54,229 nt of DNA, from assembly GCA_964623995.1 (NCBI GenBank), contig CAZUWO010000005.1, forward strand, positions 1 through 54,229, written 5' to 3'. The position numbers were made by a program, and so were the translations under genes. The DNA comes from an uncultured Prevotella sp. (GTDB lineage: Bacteria; Bacteroidota; Bacteroidia; Bacteroidales; Bacteroidaceae). A model generated the notes under the pieces. That model was not told where the DNA came from and ran no database searches. It saw only the letters and a program-made list of their open reading frames with translations. Positions 10,095 to 18,629 of this stretch are shown piece after piece (the stretch's first letter is position 1; each line of letters starts with the position of its first letter).

Positions 10095-11336
10095 ATGCAA
10101 CGTCTGAAGCTACTCTACATAGCTCTTTTCTGTTCGGTACGGGCCATGGCTTCCGCACCAGACTCGGCGCGTCATGTTGGCTTTACGGTCTCGGCTGGTC
10201 CGGGTCGAATTGTTGCTATGGACTCTTACGAGAAGAAATGGCTCAAGAACAGAAGCACGTTGAGCATGGCCGCCGAAGTGAACATAATAAAACTGCCATG
10301 CGATAGTGATGATTTCGCACGCGACTATAACTATCCCACGCTCGATTTCGGCATCCGCTACAACGTGAATGACGTAACAATGCATCGCTCTCCCGACCCC
10401 GCCTGGGGCCAAGCGCAAGAGGTTGACTACGACTCCAAGCTGGGAAACATAGTTACTTTCTATGGTTCCTTCACCCGTCCTTTCTTTCGCACGCACCGAT
10501 GGAAGGCAGATTACACCCTCGGAACGGGTATTGCGTGGGGCAAACACAAATATAGCAAGGGCAACAACATTGACAATGAGCTCACGGGATCGCGATGGCT
10601 TATTTACTTCGTGGCCGGTTTGCACCTCGATTACAGGTTCAGTAAAGACTGGGCCGTGCGTGGCGGCGTTGAGTTCTACCATCATAGCAACGGCGCTATC
10701 AACCGTCCCAACAAGGGAGCAAACTACTTCTGCCCCACCCTTGGCATCGTTTATGAGCCTTATTACAACAGTTTGGTTGGCACGGACCTGCATTCCTTGC
10801 ACCGGTTCAAGCCTTACTACTACATCAATCTTACCGCAGCCGTGGGCGCAAAGACACTAAACGAGGACTGGCAGAAGACACAATTCAACACCAATCCGGA
10901 TTCTGCTGACTACCGTACTGGCAATTTTCACGTCTATCCTACATATTCTGCACGCGTAGACTTTATGCGTCGGTATGCCAGAAGGTGGGCATCAGGAGTT
11001 GGTATCGACCTTTTCTACGGCAAATACGCCAGCAGGATAGCCCAATTGGACAAGGCCAACGGTTACAATTGTCAGCATTCGCGATTCTCACTTGGCATTT
11101 CGGCCAAGCATCAGGTATTCTATCACAACCTGTCGGCAGCAATGTCGCTTGGCTATTACGTTTATCGGCACATGGGACACACTGCAAAATCACTGGAAAA
11201 GCCCTACTATGAGCAGATAGGAGTAAACTATACGTTCGACCGTTGTGGCGGTCTCACCATCGGATTCAGCGTGAAAGCCCATAAAACTAAGGCCGATTAT
11301 ACCGAGCTTCTAGTAAGTATGCCCATAAGACTATAG
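10095..11336 (+). CDS. Acyloxyacyl hydrolase / PagL-like outer-membrane protein
   Basis: Signal peptide, amphipathic beta-strands, FYHHSNGAINRPNKGAN PagL-type catalytic motif. Confidence 0.75.
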   Translation: MQRLKLLYIALFCSVRAMASAPDSARHVGFTVSAGPGRIVAMDSYEKKWLKNRSTLSMAAEVNIIKLPCDSDDFARDYNYPTLDFGIRYNVNDVTMHRSPDPAWGQAQEVDYDSKLGNIVTFYGSFTRPFFRTHRWKADYTLGTGIAWGKHKYSKGNNIDNELTGSRWLIYFVAGLHLDYRFSKDWAVRGGVEFYHHSNGAINRPNKGANYFCPTLGIVYEPYYNSLVGTDLHSLHRFKPYYYINLTAAVGAKTLNEDWQKTQFNTNPDSADYRTGNFHVYPTYSARVDFMRRYARRWASGVGIDLFYGKYASRIAQLDKANGYNCQHSRFSLGISAKHQVFYHNLSAAMSLGYYVYRHMGHTAKSLEKPYYEQIGVNYTFDRCGGLTIGFSVKAHKTKADYTELLVSMPIRL

Positions 11337-11343
11337 TCCTAAG

Positions 11344-12327
11344 CTACTGTCCTCCCAACCGTTCGAAGAAAGTAATAACCTCATCCCACGTCTTGAATTC
11401 GTCACTTCCGAAGAGCAGACTTGTGCCTATGAAGTCGTCGGCAGGGGTAGAACTTATCAGATAGTCGCCCACAACAAGCTGCCGTTGATTGGCATAGACC
11501 ACATGATTCCATGCCGGTGCACTGAAGGTATCGGCTATCCAGCTACTGTCGGCAGCCATTTCAGCAGAATTTTCCGTAGGAGCCGTACAGAGGAAATACA
11601 CGTTATAAGTTTCTATAAGTGCCTCATAAGCCTTATTCAGGCTCGACTTTGGATGGCCGAAGCTGTCACTCAATGTATTGCGGTCTATTATAATCGTGGG
11701 GCGTTCACGGCCTTCCTGCCGGTCGTCTATCCACCTTATAACCGGAATAAGATAATGATGAAGCACCTTTTCCACCAGTCTGTGCTCGCCATGAAAGTGG
11801 ATAGCATTGGGGTAATGGCTGCTAAAGAGGTCGAAAGTATGCACCACGGGGTCCTTGTCGCCAAAGAGTCCGTACACCCTTTTACGGTCATCATCGGTCA
11901 TTCCAGTAAAACACTGCTCCGTCATTTCACGGTATTCCTTCACCAAAGCCTTGGTAACGATAAATTCTTGCACCCCATCCTTGCGCGGATTCTGGAAGAT
12001 TTGCTTGCCCATCATGTTTTGTTCGGTAATGGTCTGCCCCATTTGAAACGCTGGATTCACCAAAATGCGGTCTGTTCCGCGCAGCATCTCAGTGTACATT
12101 CCACCCATCGACGTGCCGATAATCAAATCCGGCTTCTCTGTTTCAACGGTTTCGCGAAGCAAATCCATAGCTTCTGTGGGTACTAAAGGCAGGTCCGGAG
12201 CCACAACTGTAGCATTCGGCATGAACTGTCTAAGCAATTCAGCTGTGTGAGTACTGCCTGCCGACATGAATCCATGCACATACAGGATCTTCTTGCCAGC
12301 CATCATATCAGGAAAAGTTGTTATCAT
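11344..12327 (-). CDS. YqiA/YcfP (UPF0227) esterase fused to a degenerate 5'(3')-deoxyribonucleotidase-like domain
   Basis: YVHGFMS, IGTSMGG, LVNPA, GDKDPVV and GEHR in the N-domain; the C-domain resembles NT5C (YFLCTAP, GDYLI, FGSDEFKTW). Confidence 0.75.
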   Translation of the reverse strand: MITTFPDMMAGKKILYVHGFMSAGSTHTAELLRQFMPNATVVAPDLPLVPTEAMDLLRETVETEKPDLIIGTSMGGMYTEMLRGTDRILVNPAFQMGQTITEQNMMGKQIFQNPRKDGVQEFIVTKALVKEYREMTEQCFTGMTDDDRKRVYGLFGDKDPVVHTFDLFSSHYPNAIHFHGEHRLVEKVLHHYLIPVIRWIDDRQEGRERPTIIIDRNTLSDSFGHPKSSLNKAYEALIETYNVYFLCTAPTENSAEMAADSSWIADTFSAPAWNHVVYANQRQLVVGDYLISSTPADDFIGTSLLFGSDEFKTWDEVITFFERLGGQ

Positions 12328-12375
12328 TGTTTTTTATTGGGGCCTGAAAGCATTGCGGCCCCATTGCTTTTTGTT

Positions 12376-14397
12376 TTACTTCTTGTAATTATCAAGTCCC
12401 CGATTAAGGAAACTCATGAAGGCGGAAACATCCTCCTTGTAGACGAAAGAGCCACTCAGAGGCTGTCCCTGATTGTCAACCGCAACATAGAATGGCTGAG
12501 CCAAATAGCCGAACTTGGTTTGTTCCAAGTAGCTCCACTTGTCTCCAACGGTACGTAGAGTATGCTTTTTGCCGTCATTGCCGGTTACTTCTACTGGTTG
12601 TGGCAGCGGAGTCCTGTCGTCAACAAACAGCGAAATAAGCACATAATCCTTGGTAAGCTTGTCAGCCACTTGCGGATCGGTCCACACGGCAGCCTCCATC
12701 TTGCGGCAGTTCACGCAACCAAAGCCCGTAAAATCGAGTAATACGGGCTTGCCCTCCTGTGCTGCCACGCGCATGCCCTCATCGTAATCAGTAAACCGTG
12801 CCTTAACTTCCTTGGTGTTAAGGTTAAAATCCTGCGTGTACATAGGTGGCGCAAAGGCGCTCACAGCCTTACAAGGAGCACCCCAAAGGCCCGGTATCAT
12901 GTAGACGGCAAAGGCCAATGAGGCCATACCTGCCATAATACTGGGCACTGAACGTGGCTTTCCGTCGGCCGGACCATCAACCGGAAACCTGAAAAAGCCC
13001 ATAAGATAGAAGCCAAGAGAGCCGAAAATGACTATCCAAAGGCTCAGGAACACCTCACGGTCCATCAGGTGCCAGCCATAGGCAAGGTCGGCTACGCTGA
13101 AGAATTTAAGTGAGAAAGCCAGCTCGATGAAGCCCAACACCACCTTAATAGTGTTCATCCAATTGCCCGATTTGGGCGACTTCTTGAGCCAAGAGGGGAA
13201 TAAAGCGAACAGCGTGAACGGCAAAGCCAGGGCCAAGGCAAAGCCAAACATGCCCACAGCAGGTGCAAGCCAGCTGTTGCTCGTGGCAAAATCTACGAGC
13301 AGAAAACCTATAATCGGACCCGTACAGGAGAAGCTTACGAGCGTCAAAGTAAAGGCCATGAGGAATATACTCAGCAGTCCAGTGGTGCTCGAGGCCTTAG
13401 AGTCGACCTTATTTGTCCACGAAGAGGGCAGCGTTATCTCAAACCAGCCGAAGAATGAAACGGCAAACACGATGAGCAACAGGCAGAAGAAGATGTTGAA
13501 CACGGCATTTGTGGCCAGCGAATTGAGTGAGTTGGCACCAAACAATGCCGTAATGGCAATTCCCAAGAACAGATAAATAACCACGATGGATATGCCATAG
13601 GTAACAGCATCGCGCACTCCGCGGCCCCGATCGTCCTTGGCGCGCTTCAAGAAGAAGCTCACCGTCATGGGTATTATTGGCCAAACGCAAGGCGTAAGCA
13701 ATGCTATGAAACCGCCCAAGGCTCCCATCAGGAATATGTAGAGCAGCGAATTTGAACCGGTGTCGCCGGTTCCGTTCTGCTGGTTCAGCTCTTTTATAAC
13801 CGGTTGCCACAGGTCTGTGCCCACCGAAACGGCCGAAGTATCGGCTCCCACTGTATCAACAGCGGCCGTATCTGGCTTTGTCACTACGGCCTTTACTGTG
13901 TCTTTCGCCGGCATAGGCTCAGCTTTAGGGGCATCGGCAGGCCCATTCCCCTTATACTGGAACTCCACTTGCGTGGGCGGCATGCACATACGTTCGTTGC
14001 AAGAGCCATACTCCAGATAGCCTTTTATGCTGTATGTCTTGCCGGTTATCTTGTAACGCTGAATGAAAGTTACGCTGTTCTCAAAATAGCGCAGCTTCAT
14101 TCCGAACACATTATCGTACACATTGAGTTCCTTTCCCCTATGCTGGAGCGTGCCGAGGGGCTCTGCTCCCGTGGCCGACTCGGTATGAAGCGAGGCCGAA
14201 ATGGGGCCATCGGCAGGCAGACCGGTACTGTAGACGTGCCAGCCCTTTTCTATACGGGCTGTGAAAATCACGTCTACCTCGGTGGGAGACTGCTGCTTCT
14301 GAACTACCGTAAAGCTTACCGGCGAGTCCTGAGCCATGGCTCCGAGCGACAATACCGACAATACGAGCGATAAAAACAAATTTTTAAGTGTGTTCAT
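12376..14397 (-). CDS. dsbD: Thiol:disulfide interchange protein DsbD
   Basis: N-terminal Ig-like domain (GWHVYS, CNERMCMPP), TM domain (TPCVWPIIP, SCTGP), thioredoxin domain DFTGFGCVNCRKME. Confidence 0.93.
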   Translation of the reverse strand: MNTLKNLFLSLVLSVLSLGAMAQDSPVSFTVVQKQQSPTEVDVIFTARIEKGWHVYSTGLPADGPISASLHTESATGAEPLGTLQHRGKELNVYDNVFGMKLRYFENSVTFIQRYKITGKTYSIKGYLEYGSCNERMCMPPTQVEFQYKGNGPADAPKAEPMPAKDTVKAVVTKPDTAAVDTVGADTSAVSVGTDLWQPVIKELNQQNGTGDTGSNSLLYIFLMGALGGFIALLTPCVWPIIPMTVSFFLKRAKDDRGRGVRDAVTYGISIVVIYLFLGIAITALFGANSLNSLATNAVFNIFFCLLLIVFAVSFFGWFEITLPSSWTNKVDSKASSTTGLLSIFLMAFTLTLVSFSCTGPIIGFLLVDFATSNSWLAPAVGMFGFALALALPFTLFALFPSWLKKSPKSGNWMNTIKVVLGFIELAFSLKFFSVADLAYGWHLMDREVFLSLWIVIFGSLGFYLMGFFRFPVDGPADGKPRSVPSIMAGMASLAFAVYMIPGLWGAPCKAVSAFAPPMYTQDFNLNTKEVKARFTDYDEGMRVAAQEGKPVLLDFTGFGCVNCRKMEAAVWTDPQVADKLTKDYVLISLFVDDRTPLPQPVEVTGNDGKKHTLRTVGDKWSYLEQTKFGYLAQPFYVAVDNQGQPLSGSFVYKEDVSAFMSFLNRGLDNYKK

Positions 14398-14533
14398 GCC
14401 TATAAGCTATCCTAACTTTAGCTATACTTTTGGGATTACAAAAATGTTCTAAAAACAGACACAAAAGTATTAAATAAATTGGCAACCGGCAACTTTTAAC
14501 CTTTAAAAATTGTGCCGTTCCAAAATAATACAT

Positions 14534-14541
14534 TAACTTTG
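14534..14541 (+). promoter_or_regulatory. -7 promoter element of greA; a divergent dsbD element TACTTTTG lies at 14469-14462
   Basis: TAACTTTG matches TAnnTTTG. Confidence 0.7.
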
Positions 14542-14572
14542 CACACAGAAAACGATTTATAACACAACGAAT

Positions 14573-14619
14573 AAGAAAGGAATTCCAGAACAGAAAGTGG
14601 CTGGGATTCTTCTTTTTTT
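14573..14619 (+). terminator. Terminator-like hairpin inside the greA 5' leader (candidate attenuator)
   Basis: GAATTCCAG...CTGGGATTC stem plus T7 tract, between the promoter motif and ATG 14666. Confidence 0.6.
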
Positions 14620-14665
14620 GTAACCTGTGAACAATATTAACAATAATAAATAAAAGTTTTTTACT

Positions 14666-15133
14666 ATGAGTTACATGTCACAAGAAGGCTACGATAAACT
14701 CGTGGCCGAGCTACACAAGCTCGAGACTGTTGACCGTCCGAAGGCTTCTGCCGCAATAGCAGAGGCTGTAGACAAGGGCGACTTGAGCGAAAACTCAGAA
14801 TATGACGCCGCAAAAGAGTACCAACAGCAACTCGAAACAAAGATAAACGGAATGAAACAGGCCATCGCCGAGGCTAAGATTGTGGACACTTCGAGGCTCA
14901 ATAGCGATACTGTGCAGATACTTTCTAAGGTGGATATGACTAACTTAGATACAGATGCACACATGAGTTACACTCTTGTGAGCGAGAGCGAGGCCAATTT
15001 GCGCACTGGAAAGATTTCCATAAAGACCCCGATTGCACAGGGACTGCTCAACCATAAGGTGGGCGACGTGGTGGAAATACGTATTCCACGCGGCATAATA
15101 AAGCTGCGCATAGACAAGATTACAATAGAATAA
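14666..15133 (+). CDS. greA: Transcription elongation factor GreA
   Basis: GDLSENSEYDAAK and KISIKTPIAQGLL motifs. Confidence 0.95.
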   Translation: MSYMSQEGYDKLVAELHKLETVDRPKASAAIAEAVDKGDLSENSEYDAAKEYQQQLETKINGMKQAIAEAKIVDTSRLNSDTVQILSKVDMTNLDTDAHMSYTLVSESEANLRTGKISIKTPIAQGLLNHKVGDVVEIRIPRGIIKLRIDKITIE

Positions 15134-15147
15134 ACACCCAGAAAATT

Positions 15148-15549
15148 ATGGCTACACTGTTCAGTAAGATAGCTGCAGGAGAGATTCCAAGCTATAAATG
15201 CGCCGAGGATGAGAACTTCTACGCCTTCCTCGACATCAATCCCGTGCGCCAAGGCCATACTCTCGTGATTCCGCGCAAGGAGGTTGACTACATCTTTGAT
15301 ATGAGTGATGAGGACATTGCCGCCTTTGAGGTGTTCGCAAAGAAGGTGGCCAAGGCCATACGCAAGGCGTTTCCGTGCAAGAAAGTGGCCGAAGTGGTGC
15401 TCGGACTTGAGGTTAACCACGCCCACATACACTTGATTCCTATCGACTCTGAGGCCGACGTGGACTTCCATCACAAGGCCAAACTGAGCGACGAGGAAAT
15501 GAAAGCCACAGCCGAAAAGATATACAACGAATTCAAGAAAGAAGCATAA
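15148..15549 (+). CDS. HIT family protein
   Basis: TLFSKIAAGEIP, AFLDINP, GHTLVIP and HAHIHL histidine triad. Confidence 0.95.
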   Translation: MATLFSKIAAGEIPSYKCAEDENFYAFLDINPVRQGHTLVIPRKEVDYIFDMSDEDIAAFEVFAKKVAKAIRKAFPCKKVAEVVLGLEVNHAHIHLIPIDSEADVDFHHKAKLSDEEMKATAEKIYNEFKKEA

Positions 15550-15572
15550 TATAGGGCCAACAAAGCCCCAAC

Positions 15573-15618
15573 AAAAAGCGGCGGAAAGAGTAACACAAGC
15601 TCTTTCCGCCGCTTTTTT
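15573..15618. terminator. Bidirectional intrinsic terminator
   Basis: AAAAAGCGGCGGAAAGAG...CTCTTTCCGCCGCTTTTTT. Confidence 0.85.
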
Positions 15619-15694
15619 CATGTAAAATGCCCAAGGCCACAACTCTTTTACGGCAATATTACAGCCCAAAAGCAATGATAACGGGAACGTACCT

Positions 15695-15782
15695 CAATTG
15701 ATGTCTGAACGGACAACAATTGAGGGCCAAACGGTTAACAATTGAAGTCCAAATGGGCAACAATTGAAGTCCAAATGTCAAG
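15695..15782. repeat. Family B palindromic 22-bp tandem array (4 units)
   Basis: CAATTG at 15695, 15717, 15739 and 15761 (exact 22-bp spacing); consensus CAATTGAAGTCCAAAYGGACAA. Confidence 0.9.
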
Positions 15783-16024
15783 CTAACAATACTCAAATGC
15801 GTAACAAACGAAAGACTACGGCTAAACCAGTATAACAAAAGCACCAAAGAAGCCATTTACAGCCCCAATACAGCCTCAACAAAGTTATCAACGGGAAGAT
15901 GGCCGAGTCAAGACAGAACGCTTCACACACGCAAAAACAGTAACAAAACAACAACGCCGCCAAGGTTTGGCCTTACCTTCCAATCCTTGACGGCGTGCTG
16001 ATATTTGTTATATCAAGTTTTCGT

Positions 16025-17899
16025 TTACTTCTTTTTAGGGTACCTACGGGCCCATCCCTCCTCACTGAAGTCGGGAGCTTCGCCCTTAAAGGCATTGCGG
16101 CCGGCATCCATAAGTGCCCTCCAGTCGTCAGCATGGGCAGCTTTGCGGAGCTCTTTATCCGATACCGGACGGGCCTTTGAAGCCTTTGCGGGCTTGGAAT
16201 CGGCAAAACCACGCTTCTGTCCACGCTCATTGCGCTTAGATTTGCTACTGCCCAAGCGCGAATCAGCATCATTACAGCGCACGCGACGGCCCTTATAGAC
16301 CTGTCCATCGAGTGACTTCATCACGCGGTCAGCGTCAGCCTCGGGCACCTCTATGTAGCTTTGGCGGCGCATAAGGTCAATATGGCCCACCTCTTGGTGC
16401 CCCTTGACGTGCTTGTTAACGAACTGCATCACCTCACCCGGATAGAAACCATCGTCCTTTCCGAGGTTTATGAACAGACGGGCAAAGCCCTTTTCGGCCT
16501 TGTGACTGCCACGTTGGCGCTTTGGTTTGTCGCCAGCAGACTTCTCTCGCTGCGATTTCTCACGCTTGCCTGACGGTTCCACAATCTCGGGAGCATTCTT
16601 ATAGTAGTCAAGAAAACGGCCAAAGGTGAGCGTTACCATCTTCTTTATGATGTCCTCCTTGTCCATATACTCGAACTGACGCTTTATATCGTCCATGTAT
16701 GGGGCTATTTGCTCCTCGTCAACATCAGTCTTCTGAATGGAATCCATAGTCTTATAGAGCTGCTTCTTGCATATTTCCTCGGGCGTAGGCAGCTTGGCGT
16801 GGACGAACTCCTTGCCAATTTCCTTCTCAATACGCTTAACTTTGTACTGCTCGCGAGTATGGATTATGCTTATGGAAGTACCCTTTTTGCCAGCTCGTCC
16901 CGTACGTCCGGAGCGGTGAGTGTAGCTTTCTATATCCTCAGGAAGGCCGTAATTGATTACGTGAGTCAGGTCTTCCACGTCGAGACCACGGGCAGCTACG
17001 TCGGTGGCAACAAGCAATTGAGTGTTATGTTGACGGAATTTCTGCATCGTAAGGTCACGCTGCGGCTGGCTCAAATCGCCATGAAGAGACTCTGCATTGT
17101 AGCCATCACGTATCAGTTTGTCTGCTATCTCCTGCGTTTCCAGCTTTGTGCGGCAGAAGATTATGGCGTAAATCTTTGGATAATAGTCAACAATGCGCTT
17201 CAGAGCCAGGTACTTGTCCTTGGCCGAAACGAGATAATAGACGTGGTTTACATTCTCTGCGCCCTCGTTACGACTGCCTACCACTATCTCCTTTGGGTCA
17301 TGCAGGTAGCCCTGAGCTACCTTTTCTATGTCACGACTCATGGTTGCCGAGAAGAGAAGGGTGTTGCGATCGTCGGGCACACCGCCGAGAATAGCCTCTA
17401 TACTCTCCTGAAAGCCCATGTTGAGCATCTCATCTGCCTCGTCGAGAACAACGTTATGCACGTTGTCAAGCTTAGCTTTGCCACGGTTCATGAGGTCTAT
17501 CAACCGGCCCGGTGTTGCCACAATAATCTGCGCTCCACGACGAAGAGCCCTGATTTGCTGCTCTATCGACGCACCGCCATATACGGCTTCAATGTGGATA
17601 TGGGGCAAATACTTTGCAAAGGAACACAGGTCGTCGGCTATCTGGAGGCACAATTCGCGCGTAGGACTGAGCACTATGGCCTGCGTATCGGTGCTGGAAG
17701 CGTCGATGCGTTGTAAGAGTGGAATACCAAAAGCTGCGGTTTTGCCGGTTCCTGTTTGTGCAAGGGCAATGACATCATTGCGGTTTCCGAGCAAATAGGG
17801 AATAACTTCTTCCTGTACGGGCATAGGTTGTACGAAGCCCAATTCATCGATGGCGCGGCGAATCTCTTCGCTAACGCCAAGTTCTTCAAATGTTTTCAT
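16025..17899 (-). CDS. DEAD-box RNA helicase with DbpA-type RNA-binding domain (DeaD/CshA-like)
   Basis: AQTGTGKT, PTREL, DEAD, SAT, ARGLD and HRSGRTGR motifs; C-terminal RLFINLGKDDG domain. Confidence 0.95.
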   Translation of the reverse strand: MKTFEELGVSEEIRRAIDELGFVQPMPVQEEVIPYLLGNRNDVIALAQTGTGKTAAFGIPLLQRIDASSTDTQAIVLSPTRELCLQIADDLCSFAKYLPHIHIEAVYGGASIEQQIRALRRGAQIIVATPGRLIDLMNRGKAKLDNVHNVVLDEADEMLNMGFQESIEAILGGVPDDRNTLLFSATMSRDIEKVAQGYLHDPKEIVVGSRNEGAENVNHVYYLVSAKDKYLALKRIVDYYPKIYAIIFCRTKLETQEIADKLIRDGYNAESLHGDLSQPQRDLTMQKFRQHNTQLLVATDVAARGLDVEDLTHVINYGLPEDIESYTHRSGRTGRAGKKGTSISIIHTREQYKVKRIEKEIGKEFVHAKLPTPEEICKKQLYKTMDSIQKTDVDEEQIAPYMDDIKRQFEYMDKEDIIKKMVTLTFGRFLDYYKNAPEIVEPSGKREKSQREKSAGDKPKRQRGSHKAEKGFARLFINLGKDDGFYPGEVMQFVNKHVKGHQEVGHIDLMRRQSYIEVPEADADRVMKSLDGQVYKGRRVRCNDADSRLGSSKSKRNERGQKRGFADSKPAKASKARPVSDKELRKAAHADDWRALMDAGRNAFKGEAPDFSEEGWARRYPKKK

Positions 17900-18003
17900 T
17901 TGTTTTTGTTTACCTTAAAAAATGCTTACATGGGGAAGAACTCTTACCCTTCCCAGCCATACGTAGGGTAAACATTGCCTTCCTGATCATGATTTTAGGG
18001 GTG

Positions 18004-18052
18004 CAAAGGTACTACAAAGTTTTGGAAATCAGACAGGAAAGTACTACTTTTG
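18004..18052. promoter_or_regulatory. Divergent promoter pair (DEAD helicase / LOG gene)
   Basis: Minus-strand TACCTTTG at 18011-18004; plus-strand TTTG at 18021, 20-nt spacer, TACTTTTG at 18045-18052. Confidence 0.7.
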
Positions 18053-18062
18053 CACAAAAAAG

Positions 18063-18602
18063 ATGAAAATAGCAGTATTTTGTTCGGCCAACAACGACAT
18101 AGATTCAAGGCTCTTTGAGCTCACTGAAGAGTTTGGACGAAGGATTGGAAAGGAAGGACACACGCTCGTTTACGGTGGTTGCAACACCGGACTCATGGAG
18201 TGCGTGGCAAAAGGAGTACACGAAGAAGGCGGAATGAATATAGGTGTGGTGCCCGATATTGTAGAAAAGGGAAGCCGAAAGTCTGACCTTGTGGACGTGG
18301 AAATACCTTGCGACTCGCTCAATATGCGCAAAGAGCTGATGCTAAACCACGCCGACGTGGTCGTGGCCTTGCCCGGTGGAATAGGCACTCTTGACGAATT
18401 GTTCACCGTTGCCGCATCTGCGTCAATAGGGTATCACCAAAAGAAAGTGATACTATACAACATGTGCGGGTTTTGGAACAAGCTTATTGAGATGCTGGAT
18501 GACCTTGACGACCGAGGCATGACGCGGGGAGGATGGCGCAAACACATTGTGCCGGCACAGACATTGGATGAGGTTATGGACGCCATAGCCGCTAATTCTT
18601 GA
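18063..18602 (+). CDS. LOG family (TIGR00730-like) nucleotide phosphoribohydrolase
   Basis: LVYGG, GLM and PGGIGTLDE signature. Confidence 0.92.
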   Translation: MKIAVFCSANNDIDSRLFELTEEFGRRIGKEGHTLVYGGCNTGLMECVAKGVHEEGGMNIGVVPDIVEKGSRKSDLVDVEIPCDSLNMRKELMLNHADVVVALPGGIGTLDELFTVAASASIGYHQKKVILYNMCGFWNKLIEMLDDLDDRGMTRGGWRKHIVPAQTLDEVMDAIAANS

Positions 18603-18629
18603 GCCACGGGCGCCCATTTGGGCCTGCGG

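Noticed and set aside
15659-15856. Small ORFs over repeat arrays (15659-15856, 45231-45491, 5785-6006, 29145-29366)
   Set aside because: A 22-bp period is not a multiple of 3 and the products have no recognisable features; these are probably chance frames.
16709-17716. Long antisense or alternative-frame ORFs (e.g. 16709-17716, 21128-21928, 27792-28670, 50320-51108, 6905-7714)
   Set aside because: They are shadows of well-supported genes, explained by codon bias, and show no motifs.
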